Positions 1 to 9,559 of a stretch of DNA of 38,347 bases are shown here, in pieces; position 1 is the stretch's first letter; every line of letters starts with the position of its first letter. The position numbers and the translations under genes are program-made. The notes beneath the pieces are model-generated. The model made no database searches, was not told the DNA's origin, and worked only from the letters and a program-made list of their open reading frames with translations. Source of the DNA: Chiloscyllium plagiosum (lineage: Eukaryota); assembly GCF_004010195.1 (NCBI RefSeq), contig NC_057717.1:73622087-73660433 (forward strand), in the 5' to 3' direction.

Positions 1-1431
1 AATATTGACTATATCGGTTCACGCTTATGTTTAATACCAACATGGATCTTTATTGTGATCAATATGATCATTAAGGTTGAACGTTCATTCTTTTCATGAA
101 CGTTCGGGTATTTACTTCTTCCAAAACACTCAATGTTGTGCTGTTTAACATTCTTGATGTTTATCGGTTGAAGCACACCATTTCTTGTTAGTAGTAGTAT
201 TATATTAGTATAATGTATTCAGGAGTCTGAATTTCTGCTGATTACAATAGGAAAATAATTATCTATTCATGCTTTTCTAATTTCCCACCTAATTCATTTG
301 AGTAGTGTTCAGTATTTCATACATTTACATTAGGGAAAACATAATTTAACAAATTGGTGAATACAATTAATAAAACTTAAAAACAGCCTTCCTTAGAAGA
401 GTCCTCCCAAATACCACTTTGATTCAATTATCAACATGTGCACCTGTTCACGCATTCCATTCTCTCAGACAGATTTAAGAGTGCTCTTTGTCCCATCTGC
501 ATTTGGTACATCACACTCATGCCTGTTCATTGTGCTTCAAGTTTGATTAAAACTAAATTCCCCTAATTCACTCCATCACCTCTCTGCTTTGTAATTCTGT
601 GCTTGCATTAAGTTTTAATGCTCCTGTTATCACTGTTTGACCTTATGTTCCTTTCTGGTTCTTTTTTGTCAACGCAACAACAAATCACTCTGTTCATCTA
701 CAAGCTCAGATTCCGATTTTTCAAGATTTAATTGATCTTTGAATAAAGCATCAGCTTTTTGCCCAACAATTGTCATTCTAAATCGTAATGCAGCTGGTTA
801 AAATATATAAATTATGACGTGTTAGTTAAGGAACGAAGTTACATTTTTAACACAGTATTTGTTCAACATAGTCACTTGCAGAGTAAAAAGTGCAAAAGAG
901 ATGTAACCTGTACAGAATTCCGAAAATTCAGGGTAACTTGCCTTCCAAGATGTTTCAAGAAATACGAAAAGTTGTATGCAGCAAGTAATATAAAATCCAG
1001 AATGCAAACACCTAGCATAAATATTTAAATACTAAACTGCTTCATTGATAGAAGTATTGAGATATCGTTTTAAATGCTATATTACACAATCCGTTGCCGG
1101 CTTTGCTGGCAAGACTGACAGGTGCAGTCACCAATTGCTTTGAATAGTCATAGATGGGTCCCTGTGAGCTGTCTGCAAGTGGAGTATGGTTCGGTTGTGG
1201 ATAATTATTAGTATCTCTGCCTTCTTCAGAGGACGCTGGTTTTCCTTGCCTTTTAATATTTTATGGGAGTTCATCGGTACTGATTCTCCTTCTTCTGGCG
1301 TTTACTGTCTACGTGGGTTGGAGCTGCAGGAATTCTGACTCAGGTAGAAACTCTCCTTTGGTGTCATGCATTCATCTCTGTATCCCAGGCTCAGTGTATT
1401 CTAAATAAAGAGTTGACATTTTTTACACCAG

Positions 1432-1490
1432 GAAACTGGAACACGGCTGAGAAATCCACAGATTTTAGACCACGTGATCCAAAGCCGGAG
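1432..1490 (+). other. Candidate isolated 59-bp internal exon of an unidentified host gene
   Basis: Acceptor-like ttgacattttttacaccAG|G upstream and a consensus donor GAG|GTAAGT at 1491. The phase1-to-phase0 reading gives (G)NWNTAEKSTDFRPRDPKPE. It lies in non-repetitive AT-rich sequence. No protein family recognised. Confidence 0.3.
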
Positions 1491-3035
1491 GTAAGTGTAT
1501 GAACATTTTTTTCTTTACACCTCTCTCTCAATGGATTCTTTCCTTTTGCTTGTTTTCTGCAACACTTATGTGAAATGATCTTGGCCAGAAAAATATACTG
1601 AGCATTTAAGAGTGATCAATGCAACTTGGAACAGTTTCCCATTTCTGGAACAACGAATACAACTAAAAATTGTAAATTTGGATATTTAATATCAGTAAAT
1701 ATATGTGTGTATATGTATATATACGCACATATATTCAAAATGCATCTTTAATGCAATGATGACGGGTAGGTATGCTCATACTGTGAAAGGAAAAATGCAG
1801 GTTTGACGATTGCTCTTGGACATAAGCAAGACAAAACCAAGATTTAGTTCATGTGATTAATTAGTTTAAACATGTCTTTCGGGGAATAGCGTGAATTTAT
1901 AAGAATGTGGCAAAATTTTGAGAACTTCATACCTCATATTGTGTTCAACAGGATAATGTTTGTAAGGTTATGTTGTTCTGAAAAAGAACTGTTCTTTTCA
2001 TGTAAGACTTCCTTCTTTTCTCCCTTCTTGTCTAATTCTATGTTTCCACTAATTTCTCAGCTTCGTCTAATTTTAATAATGATATTATTTACTCCAATTG
2101 TGGATTTCACCAGCAGACTTGCATAGTGCCGTTCTGGCTTTGTAAGGGAAACAAAAATAAAATAAAGTCAAGCAGTTTAGAGGTGACACATAAAGGAGAT
2201 GAATGCATCGAATCTTCTCGTCCATTTTTTCCTTCTTTGTTGATACCGATGCACAAAAGGGAAATCATTACAGCCACATGGAGATAAAGATCACTATCGT
2301 TTAACTGAAGGAGTTGGGAGTGGGATCAGCTAAAAGTGTAGAATTGCCATGCATTATTCCTATGTCTTTTTGATTGCAGTGGTGTCTGATTTCTTCCATA
2401 GACCCTCTACGCTGATTTGGCATTTAATGAAGATCTGATACGTTGATAGATCAAACACGCATGAAGTGAAGAATATGTCCCAGGTTTTCTCCTACTGCAA
2501 AGTCACTAAGAAGCTTTCTTTAGTCGTAATTGAAGGACTTTCTTCCTCGAATTTGTGCTGTGCCCGTGTATTTTAAGACCCATTCATACCGGCGTGGAAA
2601 TGTAGTTCAAAAGAGAATCCGACACAATTAACACTGAAGTGTCAACCTGTTCCCCCAGATGAAGATTGCATTATCACTAATCAATGTAATTCTTAATTGT
2701 CACTGAGGAATTCCGAGTTCCAAGTGGGGTTGGTCCACACAGAAGTGATTCAAACTCTACTGAGGACCGCTTTCATTCTTGTTATTGTTTTTCTTTGAAG
2801 TATGTGCATATTGCTGATAAGATCAAAATTCATTAAGAATCGTCGATGTTCGTTTAGAACTTGGTACCAAGTTTCCCGTGTATGTGCTGTTAATTTTGTA
2901 ATGACAGGAATATCGAAGTGTCATAAGGCGGCACTGGAAGAATAATTGCAGGTTTATAAGTTATTCTGGTGAGAAATTTGGATTCGAACGTCTACTCTGA
3001 TTTAATTTGCTTTATTGTTGTCAGATGTAACTATG

Positions 3036-3249
3036 AGGAGAAAGTGAGGTCTGCAGATGCTGGAGATCAGAGCTGAAAATGTGTTGCTGGAAAAGCGCAG
3101 CAGGTCTGGCAGCATCCAGGGAACAGGAGAATCGACGTTTCGGGCATAAGCCCTTCTTCAGGAAGAAGGGCTTATGCCCGAAACGTCGATCCTCCTGTTC
3201 CCTGGATGCTGCCTGACCTGCTGCGCTTTTCCAGCAACACATTTTCAGC
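3036..3249. mobile_element. Short fold-back (palindromic) PLE-end-derived element
   Basis: Arms 3070-3159 and 3162-3251 are 90-bp inverted repeats with 2 mismatches. It is flanked by a 15-bp direct repeat tcaga(t/c)gtaactatg (3021-3035 / 3250-3264). The sequence matches the 3' terminus of the GIY-YIG-coding PLE fragment at 26045-26172. Confidence 0.85.
3129..3166 (-). ncRNA. Minimal type-I hammerhead ribozyme motif (PLE-type)
   Basis: The minus strand reads CTGAAGA-A-GGGC-TTAT-GCCC-GAAACGTC-gattc. This gives core CUGANGA, a 4-bp stem II, GAAA, a palindromic ACGU helix III and a GUC cleavage triplet. Stem I is weak. Confidence 0.7.
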
Positions 3250-4099
3250 TCAGACGTAACTATGTAAAGTAAAAAGTTTTATTTTGTGAGCCACACAGGC
3301 AGATCATAAGGCATAGGACATACAGATCATAGGGTATTTAAATACATAAAATTGAGGTTTAAAGGTGTGGATGATTTGTAATATATGGGAAGATCAGATC
3401 AGCTGTAGAGAGTGCACGAAAAATCGACCGATGTCAAAGCCATTTCCTCGGCTCCTTGGAGCCTGTTAGATTTATCCTGCTAATACCAATTCGGGTTATG
3501 CATACTTCTTCTAAAAAACATGTGTGATGTCATCGATGCTTAATAAACGAGCATAACCATGCAAAATGACTGCAGACAACCTTGTTCACTCTGTCCGTTC
3601 ATTTTACTTTTTTGTTTGTCGGTTTAGTTTTAGCTTTTTTTCTGTTTTTCTACTAACTTACCTTCTGGAGAGTGGCGGCAGCGGTATTCAGCTCAATGAA
3701 TTTGGCTGCCGGTTGATGAGTACGTGCAAAGCAATGGCTGACGGCCTGACCGGGACTTTGGGGGTGTTCCCTATGACCAGAGTGCATATCAAAGTCAATG
3801 ATGAGGGACTGCATGGACAACGCCTGGATCAGGACTTTCACAGTCCAGTGTGAGGCACAGGTAATGATACCAGGAGCAAGACTAACGTGGTGATGTAGCT
3901 TCTCCCAACATCTGCAGCAAAGTCGAGGCCAGTGGAAATTGAGTCAGTGTGGGAGATTGTTTGCCAAACTGGAGAATGTTGCGCCCTCGTCAGACCTTCA
4001 GTCCCAGCAAATCAACATTTAAAAAGGATCAAATCAAAAATCAATATCAATTCGATGATCTAACAAAATACATGAAATGTTTTCCTTTATATGATATCA

Positions 4100-4945
4100 A
4101 AATATGTACCAGGAAGGTTATCAAATCCTTGATCAGCTGGCGAAGTGAGCTGAGAAATGATAAATGGAGTTTAATATAGATAGGCGTGTGGTCTTGCGTT
4201 TTGGGATTTAAAATCAAGGCAGGAATTTCCTGTTGAATGATTGAACCTTAGGGAGTGGAGTATAGCAAAGTGATCTTGGAATTCAGGTGCACTGTTCTCT
4301 GAAAGTTGAGTCACAAGTAGACAGAGCAGTGAAGAAGGCTCTTGGTACACTGGCCTTTATCGGTGAGGGCATCGAGTATTGAATTTGGGAAGTTATGTTG
4401 CAGTTGTGCAGGACTTTGGGGAGGCCACACTTGAAATATTGCGTTCAGTGTTGGTAACTTGACTACAGGAAGAATGTTATTAAACTGTAAAGATTCAAAA
4501 ATATGTTGAAAGGACTCAACAGCGTGAGTTGCATGGAGAATTAGGACTTTTTGTTTAAAGCATAGGAGGCTGAGGAGGGCTTTTATAGAAGTGCATGTGA
4601 TAATGAGAGTCATGGACAGGGTGAATGCACTCACTATTGTTCCCAGTGTTGTGGAATCGATGAATAGAGAGCATCAGTTTTAGGCAAGAATAAAAGACTA
4701 ACTGAGGGGCAACGTTTTTTACACAGAAGATGGTGTCCATGTACAATGAGCTGCCACTGGAAATGGTTGAGGCGGGTACAGTAACAACACTTAAAAGTCA
4801 TTTGGAAAGATACATGAAAAGGATATATTTGGAAGGATATGTGCAGAGTGCAGAGAAGTGGGCGGAGGGTTGGTGGACAGTTTGGTCAGCATGTACCAGT
4901 TTGTGTTTTCGGACCTGTCTCCGTGCTGTTGGACTCTATGACTCG
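4100..4945 (+). mobile_element. Old, 5'-truncated CR1-clade LINE (RT C-terminus + 3' UTR)
   Basis: Degenerate match to the CR1 ORF2 end seen intact at 8775-9305 (…AVKKA.G.LAFI…GIE…EVMLQL..TL.RPHL.YC…). Ends in a ctatgactc-type tail. Multiple stops and frameshifts. Confidence 0.8.
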
Positions 4946-5174
4946 AAATGAAAATGAAACAGCTTGAAACACAGTTAAAAGCAGAGGGGAAAAAATAAGA
5001 AGAAGGATAGCTCTCGCAGCAGAAAGGAAAATAGAGAGGGGGAGGAGAGAATGGAGGATGAAAGTGAGAGTTTGAACTTTAGATGTTGGGAACGAAAGAG
5101 GAAAAGCTGACATAAAATGGTGCAGGTAGAAAGTAGTCGTCGTGGTGAGGACAGAGATGACGAAAAAAAACATT

Positions 5175-5398
5175 GCTGCAATGGGGTTCAGGCCTCTGGC
5201 ACGGAGCCTGTCCCCGTTGCTCAGAAGGGAAGGGTGGAGAAGAGCAGAGCAATAGTTATTGGGGACTCGATAGTTCGGGGCACAGATAGGCGGTTTTGTG
5301 GGGGCGAGAGAGACTCACGTTTGGTATGTTGCCTCCCAGGTGCAAGGGTACGTGACATCTCTGATCATGTTTTCCGAGTCCTTAAGGGGGAGGGGGAG
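5175..5398 (+). pseudogene. CR1 ORF1 fragment, SGNH/GDSL esterase domain, cut by assembly gap
   Basis: Translation IVIGDSIVRGTDRRFCGGERDSRLVCCLPGARVRD (GDS motif), near-identical to ORF1 at 19740-20345. Confidence 0.85.
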
Positions 5399-6153
5399 NN
5401 NNNNNNNNNNNNNNNNNNNNNNNNNNNNNNNNNNNNNNNNNNNNNNNNNNNNNNNNNNNNNNNNNNNNNNNNNNNNNNNNNNNNNNNNNNNNNNNNNNNN
5501 NNNNNNNNNNNNNNNNNNNNNNNNNNNNNNNNNNNNNNNNNNNNNNNNNNNNNNNNNNNNNNNNNNNNNNNNNNNNNNNNNNNNNNNNNNNNNNNNNNNN
5601 NNNNNNNNNNNNNNNNNNNNNNNNNNNNNNNNNNNNNNNNNNNNNNNNNNNNNNNNNNNNNNNNNNNNNNNNNNNNNNNNNNNNNNNNNNNNNNNNNNNN
5701 NNNNNNNNNNNNNNNNNNNNNNNNNNNNNNNNNNNNNNNNNNNNNNNNNNNNNNNNNNNNNNNNNNNNNNNNNNNNNNNNNNNNNNNNNNNNNNNNNNNN
5801 NNNNNNNNNNNNNNNNNNNNNNNNNNNNNNNNNNNNNNNNNNNNNNNNNNNNNNNNNNNNNNNNNNNNNNNNNNNNNNNNNNNNNNNNNNNNNNNNNNNN
5901 NNNNNNNNNNNNNNNNNNNNNNNNNNNNNNNNNNNNNNNNNNNNNNNNNNNNNNNNNNNNNNNNNNNNNNNNNNNNNNNNNNNNNNNNNNNNNNNNNNNN
6001 NNNNNNNNNNNNNNNNNNNNNNNNNNNNNNNNNNNNNNNNNNNNNNNNNNNNNNNNNNNNNNNNNNNNNNNNNNNNNNNNNNNNNNNNNNNNNNNNNNNN
6101 NNNNNNNNNNNNNNNNNNNNNNNNNNNNNNNNNNNNNNNNNNNNNNNNNNNNN
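5399..6153. other. Assembly gap (755 N)
   Basis: Run of n characters. Confidence 1.
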
Positions 6154-6300
6154 CGGACTGTGGGAGGAAACCGGAGCACTCTGAGGAAACCCAGCAGACT
6201 CTGGGAGAATGTGCAAACTCCACACAGACAGTCGCCCAAGGCTGGAATCGAACCTGGGACCCTGGCGCTGTGAGGCAACAGTGCTAACCACTGAGCCGCC
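6154..6300 (-). mobile_element. tRNA-derived V-SINE/HE1-type SINE, 5' half (rest in gap)
   Basis: The minus strand reads ggcggctcagtggttagcactg (A box), ggttcgattcc (B box), then the V-domain-like gtgtggagtttgcacattctccc…ggtttcctcccacagtcc. Confidence 0.85.
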
Positions 6301-6535
6301 CTATGCACCTTGATTAAATCCCACTTATTCTTCTTCTCCGCTCGAAAGAGAACAATCCCAGCATCCCCAGTCTCTCCATATAAATGCAGTCCCTCATTTC
6401 TGGTACCATTCCAGTAAACCCTCCCCAAGGTCTGACATCCTCCCTAAAGCATGAAGCCCAGACACATACAAAATAACCCAACTCAGATCTAACAATGGTT
6501 TTGTAAAGGACAAGTATGATTCCTCAGATTTGTTT
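6301..6535 (-). mobile_element. Degenerate CR1/L2-type LINE RT C-terminal fragment
   Basis: The minus strand resembles the …RFT.MVP.M.GL.Y.ERL..LGLFS.E..R…DLI.V segment of the other LINEs here. Confidence 0.5.
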
Positions 6536-6599
6536 TCTACGTTTCATATGTCAGTGTTATGAACAGATTAAAAAAAAACTTTATCATATAGACATATAT

Positions 6600-6906
6600 G
6601 GGTGGCACAGTGGTTAGCACTGCTGCCTCACAGTGCCAGAGATCCTGGTTCAGTTCCCGCCTCAGGCGACTGTCTGTGTGGAGTTTGTACATTCTCCGTG
6701 TCTGCGTGGCTTTCCTCCGGGTGCTCCGGTTTCCTCCCACAGTCCAAAAATGTGCAGGTTAGGTGAATTGGCCATGTTAATTGCCCGTAGTAGGTGAAGG
6801 GGTAAATGTAGGGGAATGGGTCTGGGTGGGTTGCGCTTCGGCGGGTTGGTGTGGCCTTGTTGGGCCGAAGGGCCTGTTTCCACACTAAGTAAGCTAATAA
6901 AATCTA
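6600..6906 (+). mobile_element. Full-length V-SINE/HE1-type SINE
   Basis: tRNA-like head with A box ggcacagtggttagc and B box ggttcagttccc, followed by the central V domain. The 3' tail gggccgaagggcctgtttccacact is shared with the CR1 LINE 3' ends. Confidence 0.9.
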
Positions 6907-6911
6907 TATTT

Positions 6912-7062
6912 AGAGTTGAGTGTGGGGTCAAGTCAGGCAGCATCCGAGGAGCAGGAGAATCAACGTTTCCTGATGAAGGGCTTATGCCCGAAACGTCGAT
7001 TTTTCTGCTCCAGCACTACACTCTCGACTCTGATCTCCAGCATCTGCAGTTCTCATTTTCTC
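6912..7062 (+). mobile_element. Short partially fold-back PLE-end-derived element
   Basis: An inverted left arm (gtcaggcagcatccgaggagcaggagaatcaacgttt) joins directly to cctgatgaagggcttatgcccgaaacgtcga…ctccagcatctgcagttctcattttctcc. Same family as 3036-3249. TSD not clear. Confidence 0.8.
6966..7001 (+). ncRNA. Minimal type-I hammerhead ribozyme motif
   Basis: CTGATGA (6970-6976)-A-GGGC-TTAT-GCCC-GAAACGTC (6990-6997), with a canonical CUGAUGA core. Confidence 0.75.
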
Positions 7063-7799
7063 CACATATATATAGCAACTATTTGAAAAACACATTAAAA
7101 AAGCCCACGCAATAATGAGCAAGTTGGCTGCTCTAGACACTTCCAGTAATTCTAATCAAATCAAAATTCAGCTCTGGCATGGCTCACCTCCCATTGTGTG
7201 AGCATTCTAGTATAGGAATAGAAGACGAGATAGGAAGAAATAGAAGGCAATATTTCAGTTCTGAACAAAGGAAACTAGTGAAAGACACTGCGCACAAGCT
7301 GGTGCTAATAACTCCAGGAATCTACTGCAACAACAAATTCTGACCAGGACATCAAAAGCTAACTTGGTAGCTGCCTCAGTTACATTACAAACATATGACC
7401 TGGTCACAATTGCTTTTAAGTATACAATTTTTGATACCGTCCTCTTGGACATCCAAGAGAGAGCGTCTAATTCCCTGTGTTTTCAATGCATTAACACATT
7501 TTGCATTAACCCTAAGTAATTTGCCTTGGGCCATTTTTTAAATTGGCTTTCACAAACAGAGTCTTTGGGTAGACACATGACGGCCTATTTTTTCAAAGAG
7601 AAAAATATTAGAAAAGTCAAACCACCTTTATTTCAGATAGAAGAGGGATGTCGTTCAAAAGTTCCATTCACCTCTCCCTCATGTCTGTGGCATCAGTGTT
7701 CCACTTGCTTCCTGAACCGCCTCATCATCTTTACCTAGAAGGAACTCAAATCTTCACTCCCCAGGCTGCAATGTTTCTGCATCATCCCTCCAATTTAGG

Positions 7800-8022
7800 A
7801 TTAAGTAAAAACTGCAAGAACTGTAGATGCTGTAAATCAGAAACAAGAATAGAAATTGCTAGAAAGGCTCAGCATGTGTGGGAAGAAATCAGAGCTAACA
7901 TTTCTGGTCAAGTGACCCTTCCTCAGACCAGAAATGTGTCACTTGACCAGAAATGTTAACTCTGATTTCTCTCCACAGATGCTGCCAGATCTGCTAAGCT
8001 TTTCCAGCAATTTCTATTTTTG
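7800..8022. mobile_element. Older fold-back PLE-end element, second subfamily
   Basis: Imperfect inverted arms centred near 7925 and a perfect 13-bp TSD cctccaatttagg (7787-7799 / 8023-8035). The minus strand carries a decayed hammerhead CTGAGGA-AG-GGTCA-CT-TGACC-AGAAATGTT. Confidence 0.75.
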
Positions 8023-8277
8023 CCTCCAATTTAGGTGGCGTCCAAGACGATGGTGGAGTAGGGCTCCTGAGCTCAGGGCTCATCTGCTCTGTCTGCTTTC
8101 CTATTTACTCTCTCCTTCCTTTCTTCCCGCCGTCTTACTTAGCTTTTGTACCTATGGTTCTCTGAAGAACTCAGACAGCATCAACGGTGCTGAGTTATCC
8201 CAGCACGGATTAGTAGTGGAGAAGAGTGAGCCTGCACAGACTCGAGTGAGCCATTACTTACTTTTGCAGGGTGAGCA

Positions 8278-9537
8278 CAGGACCCTGTGGTAGACTACTG
8301 CAAAAAATACGGAGGTATGGCATTGAGGGTGAGTTGGAGGTTTGGATTAGGGGTTGGCTGGCTGGAAGAAGACAGAGGGTAGTAGTTGATGGTAAAGTTT
8401 CATCTTGGAATGCAGTTACGAGCGGTGTTCTGCAAGGATCTGTTTTGGGACCATTGCTGTTTGTCATTTTTATAAATGACCTGGAGGAGGGGTTAGAAGG
8501 TTGGGTGAGTAAGTTTGTGGATGATACGAAAGTCGGAGGAGTTGATGGTAAAGTTTCATCTTGGAATGCAGTTACGAGCGGTGTTCTGCAAGGATCTGTT
8601 TTGGGACCATTGCTGTTTGTCATTTTTATAAATGACCTGGAGGAGGGGTTAGAAGGTTGGTTGAGCAAGTTTGCGGATGATACGAAGGTCGGTGGAGTTG
8701 TTGACAGTGAGGAAGGATGTGTCAGGTTACAGCGGGATATAGATAAGCTACAGAGCTGAGCAGAAAGGTGGCAAATGGAGTTCAATGTGATTCACTTTGG
8801 TAAGAGTAACAAAAAGATGGGGTACTGGGCTAATGGTCGGATACTTGGTAGTGTGGATGAGCAGAGGGATCTTGGTGTCCAAGTACACAGATCTCTGAAA
8901 GTTGCCACCCAGGTACATAGTGCGGTGAAGAAGGCTTATGGCGTACTGGGTTTTATTGGTCGAGGAATTGAGTTCCGCAATCCTGAGGTCATGTTGCAGT
9001 TGTATAAGACTCTGGTGCGGCCGCATCTGGAGTGTTGTGTGCAGTTTTGGTCGCCATACTATAGGAAGGATGTGGAGGCACTGGAACGGGTGCAGAGGAG
9101 GTTTACCAGGATGCTGCCTGGTATGGTAGGAAGATCGTATGAGGAAAGGCTGAGGCACATGGGACTGTTTCCATTGGAGAAAAGAAGGTTTAGTCGTGAC
9201 TTGATAGAGGTGTACAAGATGATTAGGGGTTTAGATAGGCTTCACCATGAGAACCTTTTCCACGTATGTAGTCAGCTGTTAGGAGGGGACATAGCTTTAA
9301 ATTAAGGGGTATTAGATATAGGACAGATGTTCGGGGTAGATTCTTTACTCAGCGAGTCGTGAGCTCATGGAATACCCTGCCAGTAGCAGTGGTGGACTCT
9401 CCCTCTTTATGGGCATTTAAACGGGCATTGGATAGGCATATGGAGGATAGTGGGCTAGTGGAGGTTCGGTGGGCTTGGATCGGCGCAACATCGAGGGCCA
9501 AAGGGCCTGTACTGCGCTATATTTTTCTATGTTCTAT
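8278..9537 (+). mobile_element. 5'-truncated CR1-clade LINE (RT domain + 3' UTR) with internal 156-bp duplication
   Basis: ORFs 8271-8759 and 8775-9305 contain [27 protein letters not shown] and RPHLECCVQFWSP. The tail ends gggcctgtactgcgct…tctatgttctat. Confidence 0.95.
8385..8696 (+). repeat. Tandem in-frame 156-bp duplication of the RT catalytic segment
   Basis: Units 8385-8540 and 8541-8696 differ at 5 positions, all in the last ~38 bp. Confidence 0.95.
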
Positions 9538-9559
9538 TGTAGCCAAAGAACTTTTGGGG

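Noticed and set aside
1420-1495. Possible immunoglobulin/TCR J segment (TGTRL plus donor site)
   Set aside because: No FGxG/WGxG motif and no heptamer-nonamer RSS upstream.
3021-3242. Repeated 73-74 aa ORF MCCWKSA(A/T)GQAASREQE (also 12604-12828)
   Set aside because: By-product of the palindromic repeat; no coding signature.
3036-3249. Interpretation as a MITE or pre-miRNA
   Set aside because: The arms are asymmetric, TSDs are long and variable (11-17 bp), junctions differ per copy, and the sequence matches a PLE terminus.
4975-5170. Purine (GA)-rich tract
   Set aside because: Low-complexity sequence with no periodic unit or assignable function.
5117-6428. Five long ORFs of 300-355 aa
   Set aside because: They are open only because they run through the 755-N gap; the flanks are a CR1 ORF1 fragment and a SINE.
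6601-6670. tRNA-like sequence with A and B boxes (also 6230-6300, 17665-17736, 27560-27628)
   Set aside because: These are SINE heads continuing into V domain and LINE-like tail, not tRNA genes.
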